Positions 16,076 through 26,036 of a DNA stretch of 64,000 bases are shown piece after piece. Source of the stretch: Candidatus Dadabacteria bacterium (GTDB taxonomy: Bacteria > Desulfobacterota_D > UBA1144 > Nemesobacterales > Nemesobacteraceae); assembly GCA_009840385.1 (NCBI GenBank), contig VXNX01000013.1, forward strand, positions 84,723-148,722. The letters are read 5' to 3'. The notes below the pieces were generated by a model, which saw only the letters and a program-made list of their open reading frames with translations, had not been told where the DNA came from and ran no database searches. Numbering within the stretch: position 1 is the stretch's first letter; every line of letters starts with the position of its first letter. Made by a program: the position numbers and the translations under genes.

Positions 16076-17926
16076 TCACCCGGAACTCAGCCGCTCAAGA
16101 AACTTGTTTATTCTTCCGACCATGCTTCCGGGATTCTCCATGTACCCGGCGGCCAAAAGCGCGTTATCAAAGAGTTGCTCAACTATGATTGCGGCGAATT
16201 CCCCGTCTTTTCCTCTCATGGATGCAAGGTTTTTTATAAGCGCATGGTCGCCGTTTATCTCAAGGCGGACGACGGAACGCATCTCGGCACCCGCGCTGAT
16301 GTTCTTCATGATCCTTTTCATTCCCTGGGTCATGGTGGAATCGGAGTTAAACGCAGCAGCGGGACTCTCAATGAGCCTCCGGCTCATGCGCACGTCCCCG
16401 ACCTTCTCGCCAAGCACTTCCTTCATCCAGCCGCAAAGCGATTTTTCCTCCTCGGAAGGACCCTCAGAAGAACTCTCCGCATCCTTACCCACAACTCCTA
16501 TGTCAACGCTGTCGGCAGAAATAATCTTTTTTTCCTCATACTCCCCGAGAGTCGACATCACGAATTCGTCAATCGGTTCGTATATGAAAAGAACCTCGAT
16601 GTTCTCGGAGCGGAAAAACTCCATGTGAGGCCCGTTCTCAAGCGTTTCTCTTGCGGAACCGAACAGGTAATAGATCTCCTCCTGATCTTCGCGCATCCCC
16701 GAGAGGTAGTCCTCAAAGGAAACCAGTTCCCCTTCCCCCTTGCGCGAGGACTCAAAGCGCAGCAGCCCCCGAAGCTGCTCTTTGTGTTCAAAATCCGATG
16801 CTACACCCTCTTTTATGAAAAAACCGAACTTGCCGTAGAAATCGCCGTAACTTTTCGGGTCGTCAGCCGAACTCTGCTCGAGAAACTTTATGAACCTTTT
16901 CGTGATGGCGGAATTAAGCTTCTTCACAAGCGAGCTGTCCTGCATGGTTTCTCTTGAGATGTTAAGAGGAATGTCAGCGCTGTCCACCACGCCCTTTAGA
17001 AATCTTGCCCATTCGGGAAGAAGATTTTTGGGAGAGGCGTCTATAAGAACCCTTCTTGAGTAAAGACTCACTCCGGGATCCATTCTCCCGAATCCCAGGC
17101 GCTCCATGTTGTCCTCAGGCACGAACAGAAGCACGTTCATGTCAATCGGGGCTTCCGAGGAGAAATGAAGCCTGTATCTGGGTTCGTCAAAGGAATTTGT
17201 CTGGAATCTGTAGAAGCCGCCGTACTCCTGATCCGTAATTTCGCTTTTGTTGCGAAGCCAGACGGCTTCCGTCGTATTTATCTGCTCACCGTTTAGCTTA
17301 AGCGGGAATGGAACAAACGCGGAGTATTTTCTAAGGATGTCCCTTATCACTTCCGGGTCGGAGTACTCCTTTGCATCCTCCCTGAGAGACACGACGACCT
17401 TTGTGCCCCTTCTGTGCCCCTTTCCCTTTGTTATCTCGAACACTCCGTCCCCGCTGCTTCGCCAGACGAGATGCTCTGAATTCTTCCTGTAGCCACGGGT
17501 CACCACTTCAACCGAATCGGCAACCATAAAGGAGCTGTAAAAGCCCACCCCGAACTGCCCGATCAGATCTCCGCCTTCAGTCCCGCTTTTCTCTATCGCC
17601 TCAAGAAAACTCCTTGAACCCGACCGGGCTATCGTTCCGAGGTTCTCAACGAGCTCTTTTCTGCTCATTCCGATGCCGTAGTCGGTAAAGGTGATCGTAT
17701 TGTCCTCGCTTGATGTGGATATTTCGATTTCAAGCGGGAGCGCCTCGTCGTATATCTCTTTTTCGGTAAGCTGTATGTACCTCAGTTTTTCAAGGGCGTC
17801 ACAAGCGTTTGAAACCAGCTCCCTGATGAATATCTCCTTGTCTGTATAGAGAGAATTGATCACGATATCCATCAGCCTTCGCACTTCGGCCTGGAACTCG
17901 TGCTTTTCAGTTTTCTCCTTGGTCAT
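16076..17926 (-). CDS. htpG: Molecular chaperone HtpG (Hsp90)
   Basis: FIRELVSNACDALEKLRY, GQFGVGFYSSF, 616 aa. Confidence 0.95.
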   Translation of the reverse strand: MTKEKTEKHEFQAEVRRLMDIVINSLYTDKEIFIRELVSNACDALEKLRYIQLTEKEIYDEALPLEIEISTSSEDNTITFTDYGIGMSRKELVENLGTIARSGSRSFLEAIEKSGTEGGDLIGQFGVGFYSSFMVADSVEVVTRGYRKNSEHLVWRSSGDGVFEITKGKGHRRGTKVVVSLREDAKEYSDPEVIRDILRKYSAFVPFPLKLNGEQINTTEAVWLRNKSEITDQEYGGFYRFQTNSFDEPRYRLHFSSEAPIDMNVLLFVPEDNMERLGFGRMDPGVSLYSRRVLIDASPKNLLPEWARFLKGVVDSADIPLNISRETMQDSSLVKKLNSAITKRFIKFLEQSSADDPKSYGDFYGKFGFFIKEGVASDFEHKEQLRGLLRFESSRKGEGELVSFEDYLSGMREDQEEIYYLFGSARETLENGPHMEFFRSENIEVLFIYEPIDEFVMSTLGEYEEKKIISADSVDIGVVGKDAESSSEGPSEEEKSLCGWMKEVLGEKVGDVRMSRRLIESPAAAFNSDSTMTQGMKRIMKNISAGAEMRSVVRLEINGDHALIKNLASMRGKDGEFAAIIVEQLFDNALLAAGYMENPGSMVGRINKFLERLSSG

Positions 17927-18128
17927 CTAAAACCTCCATTAAGCGGCAAATTCCATTTGGAAAAACCGTTTTCACTTAGTAAAAATAAGACTGATTGCTC
18001 CCTTGACAAGTGCACGCGGCCCGAGAACCGTTTTTTTATACGGTAAATGTTCCAAGACGGCGAGCTTACCGTAGAGAATTCGGAAGAAAGATATGGGGTC
18101 AGGTCTTGATAAAGTCCCAAAGGCAATC

Positions 18129-18947
18129 CTATTTGCGCCCTGTCGCTTCCCCCCAGGCAAAAGCCGCCAGCGCTCCAGAGGTGTCCTTCCACTCATCAAG
18201 CTTCCGGCGCCAGTCATCGAACTGTTCCTGGGTAGCAATACCGTATTTCGTGGCCGCTTCAACTGTATCAGGGGAGAAAAACCAAGCGCTAATGAAACCG
18301 TGAAGAAAATCAATGTCTTCGTCCGTGCAGAAAGGTTCGAACGAAACACTCGCACTTATGTCCGAGAAACCGGCCTCAACAAACAGCCGCTTGAGTTCCC
18401 TGCCGATCTGGGGGTGGCCCCCGTTAGCTTCGATAAGCTTCGCAAACGTTTCCCATCCGTCCCTCAACGAAGGCTCCAAAAACGAGGAATCAACAAACAT
18501 CTCCCGGCTTGAGATGATGCCGCCGGGCTTCAGGACTCTACGCACCTCCGCCAGAACAGCCAAGGTTTGCGGGGCGTGCATGAGAACGGCGTGACAGTGT
18601 GCGACATCAAACGAGTCATCCTCAAAGGGCAGATCTGCCACGTCAGCGGTCTGGAACACAGCGTTTCGGTGTCCGCCGGCATCCGCGGCGGCCCGTGCGA
18701 TCTCAATCTGCGAAGCCTCCATATCGACACCGAAAAACTCTCCGGGTTCAACCGCTTTTGCCAGTCCCACAGAAATCGTTCCGGGGCCGCAGCCGAAATC
18801 AAGAACGCGCATGCCCGGCTCAAGGTGCGGAAGCAGGTGTGCGGCGCTGGTCCCCGCATTGCGGCGCCTGAGCAGTTTCTGAAAATCGTCGCTGTATCCC
18901 ATGGTGTAGGCAGAAGTGGAAGCATCTTGGGTCTTGTTGCTGTTCAT
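18129..18947 (-). CDS. Class I SAM-dependent methyltransferase (substrate unknown)
   Basis: VLDFGCGPGT motif I and FDVAHCHAVLMH; Methyltransf_11/25-like. Confidence 0.8.
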   Translation of the reverse strand: MNSNKTQDASTSAYTMGYSDDFQKLLRRRNAGTSAAHLLPHLEPGMRVLDFGCGPGTISVGLAKAVEPGEFFGVDMEASQIEIARAAADAGGHRNAVFQTADVADLPFEDDSFDVAHCHAVLMHAPQTLAVLAEVRRVLKPGGIISSREMFVDSSFLEPSLRDGWETFAKLIEANGGHPQIGRELKRLFVEAGFSDISASVSFEPFCTDEDIDFLHGFISAWFFSPDTVEAATKYGIATQEQFDDWRRKLDEWKDTSGALAAFAWGEATGRK

Positions 18948-19195
18948 GGATTCCTCCTCAGTGCTTTTGGCAAATCATTATAGACCCCGGCTGCCACATT
19001 TAAAAGCCCTAGGAAGGCAGAATCCGGAAAAAACTTGAGCAGAGTCTTCTCCACCGTCCCCATCCTCCAAGTGCTAGCCGGGAATATTCGGCTTTTGTTG
19101 ACTATTCTCCCGAGCCTTTTATTATTTTCCGGGGGTTTCGCGCTGTGTAAAAGCGCTTCTCCTCCCATGCTTATAAAACCAAGATTGCAAAAACC

Positions 19196-20230
19196 ATGAG
19201 CACCAGAAGAAAAACTAAAATAAAAACGCCGGTTAGAGACGTCCCTTCTCTTGACCTCTCCGCAAGGCCAAGAAGAAACCGCAAATCCCCTTCCATAAGA
19301 GACTTGGCGCGGGAAACTTCGCTTCTGCCGGGAGACCTTGTGTATCCACTTTTTATCCACGATAAAAACGGCGATGAGGAAATAGAATCGATGCCCGGAT
19401 GCAAAAGATGGGGCATTGCGGGTCTTGTGGAGGAAGTGAGGCAGTCCCACAATCTGGGCGTCGGGGCGGTAATGATTTTCCCTGCAATCGAAGACGGACT
19501 TAAATCTCCTTTTGCCGAGGAGTGTTATAACCCGAGGGGTCTTGTGCCAAGGGCCATAGCCACCATTAAAAAAGAGGTTCCGGAAGTTGCCGTCATAACG
19601 GACATAGCCCTTGATCCATACTCAAGTGACGGGCACGACGGCGTGGTGTCCCCATCCGGGGAAATACTTAACGACGTAACGGTCGAGGTGCTCTGTAAGC
19701 AGGCTCTATGCCATGCCGCCGCAGGAGTCGACATAGTCGCCCCGAGCGACATGATGGACGGGAGGGTTGGAGCGATCAGGGAGATCCTCGACGAAGAGGG
19801 CCATACGAACGTTTCGATAATGTCGTACACGGCAAAGTACGCCTCCTCTTTTTACGGACCGTTTCGCGGAGCGCTTGACTCAGCGCCCAGAGGCGGGGAC
19901 AAAATGACTTACCAGATGGATCCCGCTAACTCAAGAGAAGCCTTGAGGGAGCTCATTTTGGACGAAGAAGAGGGTGCGGATATGGTGATGGTAAAACCCG
20001 CTGGGTACTACTTGGATCTGGTATCCCAGTTTCGGGAAAACACCGACCTGCCGGTGGCGGCCTATCAGGTAAGCGGCGAGTACCTCATGATAAAGGCGGC
20101 CGCGCAATCGGGGTGGCTTGAGGAGGAAAAAATAATCCTTGAAAGCCTTCTTAGCATAAAAAGGGCCGGGGCCGACATTGTAATCACCTATTTTGCGAAA
20201 AAGGCGGCTGAAATTCTTTCCCGAACCTAG
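19196..20230 (+). CDS. hemB: Porphobilinogen synthase (delta-aminolevulinate dehydratase)
   Basis: RPRRNRKSPSIRDLARET, DIALDPYSSDGHDG, VAPSDMMDGRV, IMSYTAKYASSFYGPFR, MVKPA. Confidence 0.95.
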   Translation: MSTRRKTKIKTPVRDVPSLDLSARPRRNRKSPSIRDLARETSLLPGDLVYPLFIHDKNGDEEIESMPGCKRWGIAGLVEEVRQSHNLGVGAVMIFPAIEDGLKSPFAEECYNPRGLVPRAIATIKKEVPEVAVITDIALDPYSSDGHDGVVSPSGEILNDVTVEVLCKQALCHAAAGVDIVAPSDMMDGRVGAIREILDEEGHTNVSIMSYTAKYASSFYGPFRGALDSAPRGGDKMTYQMDPANSREALRELILDEEEGADMVMVKPAGYYLDLVSQFRENTDLPVAAYQVSGEYLMIKAAAQSGWLEEEKIILESLLSIKRAGADIVITYFAKKAAEILSRT

Positions 20231-20280
20231 CAATAGGAAAAGACCGGTGCCGCAGCGCGCTTTACAAAATTTTATAGTCG

Positions 20281-20292
20281 TATAGAATTCCC
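20281..20292 (+). promoter_or_regulatory. Promoter-like motif TATAGAATTCCC upstream of rpmE2
   Basis: A variant of the recurrent TATAAT-TCCC motif, ending 28 nt before the ATG at 20321. Confidence 0.4.
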
Positions 20293-20320
20293 TTTCTCAA
20301 AAAAACACTGGACAGACAAG

Positions 20321-20602
20321 ATGAAAAAAGACATTCACCCAGATTACAACTACGTGGTTTTCAAGGACTCGTTCACCGGGCATATGTTCCTTACGCGCTC
20401 GACCAGAACATCCGAGGAAACCACCAAATGGGAAGACGGAAACGAGTACCCGCTTATAAGCGTGGAAATCTCAAGCGACTCTCACCCTTTCTACACCGGA
20501 AGGGAAAAACACTATAAAAAAGAAGGCAGGGTCGAGAAATTCCGTCGCAAGTACCAGAAAAAGTCCCCCAAGGAAGAGACCGCGGAAACCGAATCACAGT
20601 AA
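20321..20602 (+). CDS. rpmE2: 50S ribosomal protein L31, type B (non-zinc form)
   Basis: [16 protein letters not shown] with no CxxC pair, plus a short acidic/basic C-terminal extension. Confidence 0.9.
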   Translation: MKKDIHPDYNYVVFKDSFTGHMFLTRSTRTSEETTKWEDGNEYPLISVEISSDSHPFYTGREKHYKKEGRVEKFRRKYQKKSPKEETAETESQ

Positions 20603-20620
20603 AAAGGTTTCAGAATCCCT

Positions 20621-20670
20621 CCGTTTTTGCCATAACCGAATGAGGGAAGATGTGGTTGCAAAAACGGTTT
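20621..20670 (+). terminator. Possible hairpin terminator after rpmE2
   Basis: CCGTTTTTGC (20621-20630) pairs with GCAAAAACGG (20658-20667) and is followed by TTT. The 27-nt loop is large, so this call is weak. Confidence 0.3.
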
Positions 20671-21111
20671 GATCAATTATTTCGTCTGGCGCAGTACGGG
20701 ATCGTGAATTCGCAATCGATGAAGGGCTCTATCCAGATGTATTCATGAATGCTCCGGGTAGCCGCACTGCGGGTGGTTCGGATGGAATCATGCTCAACAT
20801 TTTGGCTGAACGTGTTCTCGGAATGCCACAGGACATCCGCTTCGATAAGGGGATTCCATTCAGCAAAATTCCGACGGGAAGCAACAATTGATGAGCGTAG
20901 GGCCGTTACCGGGCAAGTCGATACGTGTTTAAGACTTTCTTCGGTTTGCTTAGTGTGTTACGAGCAATGAATCAATCGAAAGTTCAAGATTTGCCGGCAT
21001 GGCGCGAACTTAATGCACGTGCAAATTTCTAAGTTGGTACTGTAGAAACTCATTTGCGACATTTGAACAGAGCGATATTGATGCTGGAGCGTATGACGGA
21101 TACGTTAGTCG

Positions 21112-22008
21112 GTGGAAAATGAAAGTATGCTGGATATCAATTTTTTTAACCATCCACTCGCAGGTACACCGTTTGGTACAGCATTTGACCTGTGCTTGAT
21201 CTCGGCGGCGATAGTGTGGCTATTGTCCGTGGTAACTCGCGAATACTCTTGGGTTGATCGGTTGTGGTCAATTTGTCCAATCATCTATTGCCTTATCGTT
21301 GCAGCAAGTGTTGACTTTGACGTGCCGCGTTTAAATCTCATGTTGATTCTCGTATCGCTTTGGGGAATTCGTCTCACATTCAACTTTGCGCGCAAAGGAG
21401 GTTTTTGGAAAGGAGGTGAAGACTATCGATGGGGCATAGTACGCGAAAAAGTTGGCGAACTCAAGTTTCAAGTGATTAATATCCTGTTTATTGCGTTCGG
21501 GCAGATGCTCATAATTTGGTTGTTTACTGCTCCAGTGCATCTGGCATGGTTAGGACGCGATACGTCGCTTACTTGGATTGATGGAGTATCTGTAACTTTA
21601 TTCCTGGTGTTCCTTGTTGGTGAAACCATTGCTGATGAGCAAATGTGGGCGTTTCAGCAGGCTAAGAAACAGAAGATCGCAGCAGGCGAGGAAATTACGC
21701 AACCATTTATCAAGACTGGCCTTTTTGCTTTTTGCCGCCATCCGAATTATTTTTGCGATATAAGCCTGTGGTGGGTGTTCTATCTCTTTGCCGTTGCGGC
21801 TACGGGGCAGTGGTTGAACTGGTCTGGGCTCGGCTTCATTATATTAACGTTGCTTTTCATTTTTACTTCAAAATTGGTAGAGTCCATTTCTCTTGAGAGG
21901 TATCCTACCTATCGGGAATATCAGGAATCGGTTCCACAGCTAATGCCATTTACGCGGATAGGCTGCCCGAAGGTGCGAAACGACAATGGAACTGAGCTGC
22001 TCAGCTAA
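21112..22008 (+). CDS. DUF1295 / steroid 5-alpha-reductase-fold membrane protein (Erg4/Erg24-ICMT superfamily)
   Basis: Multi-TM, with the C-terminal block FCRHPNYFCDISLWWVFYL typical of DUF1295. GTG at 21112 or ATG at 21127 as start. Confidence 0.75.
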   Translation: MENESMLDINFFNHPLAGTPFGTAFDLCLISAAIVWLLSVVTREYSWVDRLWSICPIIYCLIVAASVDFDVPRLNLMLILVSLWGIRLTFNFARKGGFWKGGEDYRWGIVREKVGELKFQVINILFIAFGQMLIIWLFTAPVHLAWLGRDTSLTWIDGVSVTLFLVFLVGETIADEQMWAFQQAKKQKIAAGEEITQPFIKTGLFAFCRHPNYFCDISLWWVFYLFAVAATGQWLNWSGLGFIILTLLFIFTSKLVESISLERYPTYREYQESVPQLMPFTRIGCPKVRNDNGTELLS

Positions 22009-22264
22009 CCTGTATAGGAGACCGTCCACGGTATGCTGACCAATTGGGCCTGATTCTGTTTGAGAGTGAATGCTACTGACGTCAAATTTTGAATTCGAAC
22101 GGTAGTTTTCAACTTGGCGACAGTCGCGGGCCTCCAGCTTATCTATTTGTTAAATAGTCAGAATTCGAGGTCAATACGTGCAAATGATTCTGCAGTTGGG
22201 AAAATGGCTTGCTCGGATGAAAAAGGAGCTTCCAAACTATAGAAAATCCAAGTCCACCCTGCCC

Positions 22265-23083
22265 TCAGGCTAGCGCAATGATGAACAGGCGAGGGAAAGG
22301 ATACAGCGTACGGTTCCCCGAACCCCTGGGATAAGCATCCCGAAGCCGCCGCTTGTATACTTTTAAAAACCGGTTTCGTTCAGTATCGGACAAACCATTT
22401 AGAATCGGGCGCAGACCGCTGCCCATAACCCATTCAAAAACAGGATCATCGCCCTCCAGCACATGGAGATACCGTGTTTCCCAGATATCAAGGCGTCGCG
22501 TACAGGGAGAAAGGATATCATAGTAAAAGTCCGCATCTTCAACCCATTTGTTCGACAATGTGGCAAGAAGCGAAGTGTCGCCAACGGGCTTCCCGTCGGG
22601 ACCGCCATCTGCCAACGTATTCCGCATCAAGCGGTGAGACGGAAGATCCCAGCTAAGCGGCATCTGGACCGCAAGGCAGCCTCCCGGGTTAAGGTAGCCC
22701 ACCAAGCGCGCAAACAGTTCAGAGTGGCCGTCAACCCAGTGCAAAGACGCATTGGAATAGATAAGGTCCGGGGCTTCCTCCGGCACCCAGCTGCGGATAT
22801 CGGCATCTGCCCAGTGTACGGTCGACGGCTCCGCAGCCGCCTCGGCCAGCATCTGTGGTGAGTTATCGATACCGTATACCTTGGATGAGGACCAGCGCTT
22901 CGCCAGAAGACGGGTTATGTGGCCTGAACCGCAGCCCAGATCATAGATCACACCCGGAGCCTCAAGGGGTATACGATCCAGCAACTCAAGGGCCGGTCGC
23001 AAACGCTCCTGGGAGAACTTCAGGTACTGACCGGGGGCCCAGCGCGTTCCGGCAACCTCGCCCTGATGCGCTCTTTGCGACAT
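22265..23083 (-). CDS. tam: Trans-aconitate 2-methyltransferase-like SAM methyltransferase
   Basis: WAPGQYLKFSQERLRPALELLDRIP and IYDLGCGSGH. I chose the start at 23083, which has a GAGGAAA SD, over the ORF-track start at 23149. Confidence 0.75.
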   Translation of the reverse strand: MSQRAHQGEVAGTRWAPGQYLKFSQERLRPALELLDRIPLEAPGVIYDLGCGSGHITRLLAKRWSSSKVYGIDNSPQMLAEAAAEPSTVHWADADIRSWVPEEAPDLIYSNASLHWVDGHSELFARLVGYLNPGGCLAVQMPLSWDLPSHRLMRNTLADGGPDGKPVGDTSLLATLSNKWVEDADFYYDILSPCTRRLDIWETRYLHVLEGDDPVFEWVMGSGLRPILNGLSDTERNRFLKVYKRRLRDAYPRGSGNRTLYPFPRLFIIALA

Positions 23084-23175
23084 GCGATTTCCTCGCTCCA
23101 CCCCTCGGAGATGTCCGCACGGTTTTTTGTGCGGAGTGGTCAGCAACATCGTCTTTTTAACTTCAGGAACTACGA

Positions 23176-23634
23176 TTAGTCGCCGCTCAGGTAACTTACC
23201 ACGTCATCCTGAATGGACTCGTCCACAAGTTCCCTCCACTCCTCATTGCCGCTTGCTATCGATTCGCGTATTTTGGTAGCCGATATGAACCCTATGTTCT
23301 CAGGCGGAAAAAACTCGTTCATCTCGTAACCGACTCCCCTGCCCCAGTTTACCGATTCAATGTCCGGAATCACCATCACGACCACATCATCCCCCTTGCT
23401 CTCGTGATATTTTCTTATCATTCCAACGGTCTGTTCCGTGGTGAAGGGGTTTTTCGGGTCGGGAGGAATATCCCTTACCATTATCAGGCACGGAACTCCA
23501 TTGTCGAGCTTCTGCCTGACAAGGCTTATGTGCCCGGCGTGGTAGGGCTGATATCTGCCGATGAATATGGCTCTTCTGGAAGGAGAAGGCTTTATGTCCG
23601 GATGACCGTGATTTTTACATTCCCAGTTGCTCAT
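23176..23634 (-). CDS. Cytidylyl/adenylyltransferase-fold protein (NMN adenylyltransferase-like)
   Basis: FIGRYQPYHAGHISL is the (T/H)xGH nucleotidyltransferase motif. 152 aa. Confidence 0.65.
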   Translation of the reverse strand: MSNWECKNHGHPDIKPSPSRRAIFIGRYQPYHAGHISLVRQKLDNGVPCLIMVRDIPPDPKNPFTTEQTVGMIRKYHESKGDDVVVMVIPDIESVNWGRGVGYEMNEFFPPENIGFISATKIRESIASGNEEWRELVDESIQDDVVSYLSGD

Positions 23635-23690
23635 TATTTACCTCGTCGAGTGGATTAAAAGAAGATTTTTACTAACTGAAAGACGCACGG

Positions 23691-23696
23691 ATTATA
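23691..23696 (-). promoter_or_regulatory. Candidate extended -10 (minus strand TGTGTATAATCC)
   Basis: TATAAT preceded by TGTG, ~55 nt upstream of the ATG at 23634. A GAGG SD lies between. Confidence 0.4.
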
Positions 23697-23753
23697 CACA
23701 CGTCCGGATTTTTTTCAACAGCAATCAATAAGGGGACTGCAGGCGGCAAAGCT

Positions 23754-24503
23754 TCAGACAGAAGGCATATGCGCCTTTTTCTCCGAGATGCCCCCGAGCA
23801 GATCGATAAAACCGCCGAAAGTCCGCCTGCTGAGATCGGAAAGGGCATCTATGTATTTTGGCGTCTCGGATCTTATAACATCGGGATTTATCTTGCCGCC
23901 GAGTTCTTCGATTTCCTTTTTGTTCACCGGAGTAACAAGCCAGCGCTCTATCATTGGTGCGTCTACCTCGAGGTGAAACTGGAACCCGTACACCTTGTCT
24001 CCGTATCGAAACGCTTGGTTCGCACACGCGGGGGAAGTGGCCAAGTGCACGGCTCCCGGAGGAATCTCAAAAGTATCCCCGTGCCACTGAAAGACCTTCT
24101 CAACCGCGCCGAATGCGCCCATAAGACGGTCCTCTCCCCCCTCTTCGGTAGGGGAAACGTCATACCAGCCGATCTCCTTCTCCGGGTTCTTGCGAACCCG
24201 GGCTCCGAGGGCCTTGGCAATCAGCTGCGAACCGAGACATACGCCGAGCACCGGAGCGTCCATTTCGATAAATTCCCTTATGGACTCGGTCTCCGGTACG
24301 AGGTAAGGATACTCCTCGGTCTCGTCCACGTTCATCGGCCCCCCCAGAACAACAAGACCGTCGTAATTGCGGAGTCTGGGGATCTTGTAGTTTGAACGGC
24401 CGAAGTTTACGTAACGTATCCTGAAACCGGCATCCCTTAGCATCGGGTCAAGCGTTCCCAGTATCTCGTGAGGCACGTGCTGGAAGACAAGCAATTTCGG
24501 CAT
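23754..24503 (-). CDS. Class I glutamine amidotransferase-like protein
   Basis: VLGVCLGSQL (nucleophile Cys) and FQFHLE (His/Glu). Confidence 0.8.
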   Translation of the reverse strand: MPKLLVFQHVPHEILGTLDPMLRDAGFRIRYVNFGRSNYKIPRLRNYDGLVVLGGPMNVDETEEYPYLVPETESIREFIEMDAPVLGVCLGSQLIAKALGARVRKNPEKEIGWYDVSPTEEGGEDRLMGAFGAVEKVFQWHGDTFEIPPGAVHLATSPACANQAFRYGDKVYGFQFHLEVDAPMIERWLVTPVNKKEIEELGGKINPDVIRSETPKYIDALSDLSRRTFGGFIDLLGGISEKKAHMPSV

Positions 24504-24560
24504 GAGGCAGGATTTTAACCATTTTTCCGGCCTCTGTCATTTTGCTGGGGCAGCGACAGT

Positions 24561-25241
24561 TCAGAGCTCCCACCTGCCGCGCAGGGTCTTCTTCTCAAGA
24601 GAGGATTCAAGCGCAGACAGAAACTCCTTTCTTGAGATTTCTCTTCCCCCGAGAGTCCTCATATGATCAGTCGGAACCTGGGAATCTATGAAATCAAAAC
24701 CGGATTCCCAGCATTTTCGCGTCAGATGGAAAAGGGCCACCTTGGAAGCGTCGGTTTCGAGGTGAAACATCGATTCCCCGAAAAACGCACCGCCGAGAGA
24801 CACTCCGTAAAGACCGCCGACGAGTTTCCCATCCAGGTAGGTCTCAAGAGAATGAGCGTAACCCAGTTCATGCAGTTTCCCGTAAGCCGCCTTCATCTCC
24901 TCGGTTATCCAAGTCCCGCTCTGCCCTTTCCTTTGGACCTGAGCACAGTTCTCGACGACCGCGGCGAAATCCGTATCGGCCCTTACCGAGAATTTCCCGG
25001 AAGACACCGTTTTTAAGAGGGTTTTTGAGAACTTGAAGTCCCCCGGAAGAAAAATCATTCTCGGGTCGGGAGAGAACCATAAAATGGGGTCTTCCTCGGA
25101 ATACCAGGGGAAAATGCCGTTTTCGTAGGCCAAAAGAAGCCTCTCGGGAGAAAGGTCCCCTCCGACCGCCAGAAGCCCTCCCGGCTCCGCTTCGGACGGA
25201 TCGGGAAACATTATTCGGGAGTCGAGAAAGTAAACGGTCAT
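24561..25241 (-). CDS. aat: Leucyl/phenylalanyl-tRNA--protein transferase
   Basis: LLLAYENGIFPWY..PILWFSPDPR and GESMFH blocks. Confidence 0.9.
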   Translation of the reverse strand: MTVYFLDSRIMFPDPSEAEPGGLLAVGGDLSPERLLLAYENGIFPWYSEEDPILWFSPDPRMIFLPGDFKFSKTLLKTVSSGKFSVRADTDFAAVVENCAQVQRKGQSGTWITEEMKAAYGKLHELGYAHSLETYLDGKLVGGLYGVSLGGAFFGESMFHLETDASKVALFHLTRKCWESGFDFIDSQVPTDHMRTLGGREISRKEFLSALESSLEKKTLRGRWEL

Positions 25242-25308
25242 CGGTTCCGGATAAAATCCTTTTAGCGTGACGGCCGCTCACTCAGGAAAATCCCTCGGGT
25301 TTGCCAGT

Positions 25309-25965
25309 TCACTGAAGATCCTGCTTCCCCCAGGTTCTTTCAATAAAGCCCTCCCTCCCCGAACCTATTTTGTAATTGCCGTAGTGAATCGGGTTTTTCT
25401 TGTAGTAATCCTGGTGGTATTCCTCCGCTCTGTAGAAAGAGACGAACTTCTCTACCGAGGTGACTATCGGCTTTTTGAATTTGCCCGACTCCTCGAGTTT
25501 CTTTTTCGAAAGAAGGGCTTTTTCTTTCTGTGAATCGTTATGGTAGAAGATAGCGGTTCTGTAGTGCCTTCCCCTGTCGGCAAACTGCCCGTCCACCTGG
25601 GTCGGATCAATGTTTATCCAGAAAGTCTCAAGAAGGGTTTCGTAGTCTATCTTCGCGGGGTCGTAAACGACCCTTATCGCTTCCGCGTGGCCCGTCTTTC
25701 CCTGCCAGACCTGCTCGTAGGTGGGATTTTCCTCCTTTCCCCCAGAGTAACCCACTACCGTTTCGACAACCCCGCTGAGACTGTCAAAAGGAGGTTCCAT
25801 GCACCAGAAGCATCCTCCGGCGAAAGTTGCCTCCATGTAACCGCTGTTTTTCCCACTTTCCATGTTTTTAACCTCCCCTACACTTTCGTTGTACACGGGA
25901 AAAGCCGCACCCGCAAGCACAACAAGCACCGAAACAAAAATCCTAGACCAGAAATCACGTCTCAT
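25309..25965 (-). CDS. msrA: Peptide methionine (S)-sulfoxide reductase MsrA, secreted or membrane-anchored
   Basis: N-terminal hydrophobic segment, then the FAGGCFWC active site. Confidence 0.9.
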   Translation of the reverse strand: MRRDFWSRIFVSVLVVLAGAAFPVYNESVGEVKNMESGKNSGYMEATFAGGCFWCMEPPFDSLSGVVETVVGYSGGKEENPTYEQVWQGKTGHAEAIRVVYDPAKIDYETLLETFWINIDPTQVDGQFADRGRHYRTAIFYHNDSQKEKALLSKKKLEESGKFKKPIVTSVEKFVSFYRAEEYHQDYYKKNPIHYGNYKIGSGREGFIERTWGKQDLQ

Positions 25966-26036
25966 TTTTCCTCACACCAAGCAAAAACCGGGAAATTACC
26001 GACTCCGAGGACCCGTAGAGCCCCCCCAGGCGGGAA

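Noticed and set aside
15815-16957. 380-aa ORF on the plus strand
   Set aside because: It lies entirely antisense to acpH and htpG, which have unmistakable motifs. It has no recognisable domain and a biased composition, so it is a shadow ORF.
20231-20320. Zur box upstream of the zinc-independent L31 paralogue
   Set aside because: I see only a TATAG-TCG-TATAG direct repeat overlapping the -10-like motif, and no palindrome resembling known Zur operators.
20749-20970. 73-aa ORF in the rpmE2-DUF1295 gap
   Set aside because: It has no SD and an implausible composition. A different frame in the same region (20673-20890) looks more protein-like and is reported as a possible remnant.
4957-22008. Claiming a complete de novo sterol biosynthesis pathway
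   Set aside because: No squalene synthase, squalene monooxygenase, oxidosqualene cyclase or CYP51 is present in the window. Only tailoring-type enzymes are supported.
22143-22157. Palindrome CTATTT-GTT-AAATAG between the convergent DUF1295 and tam genes
   Set aside because: It lies in a convergent terminator region with no promoter to regulate. The short AT-rich arms could easily arise by chance.
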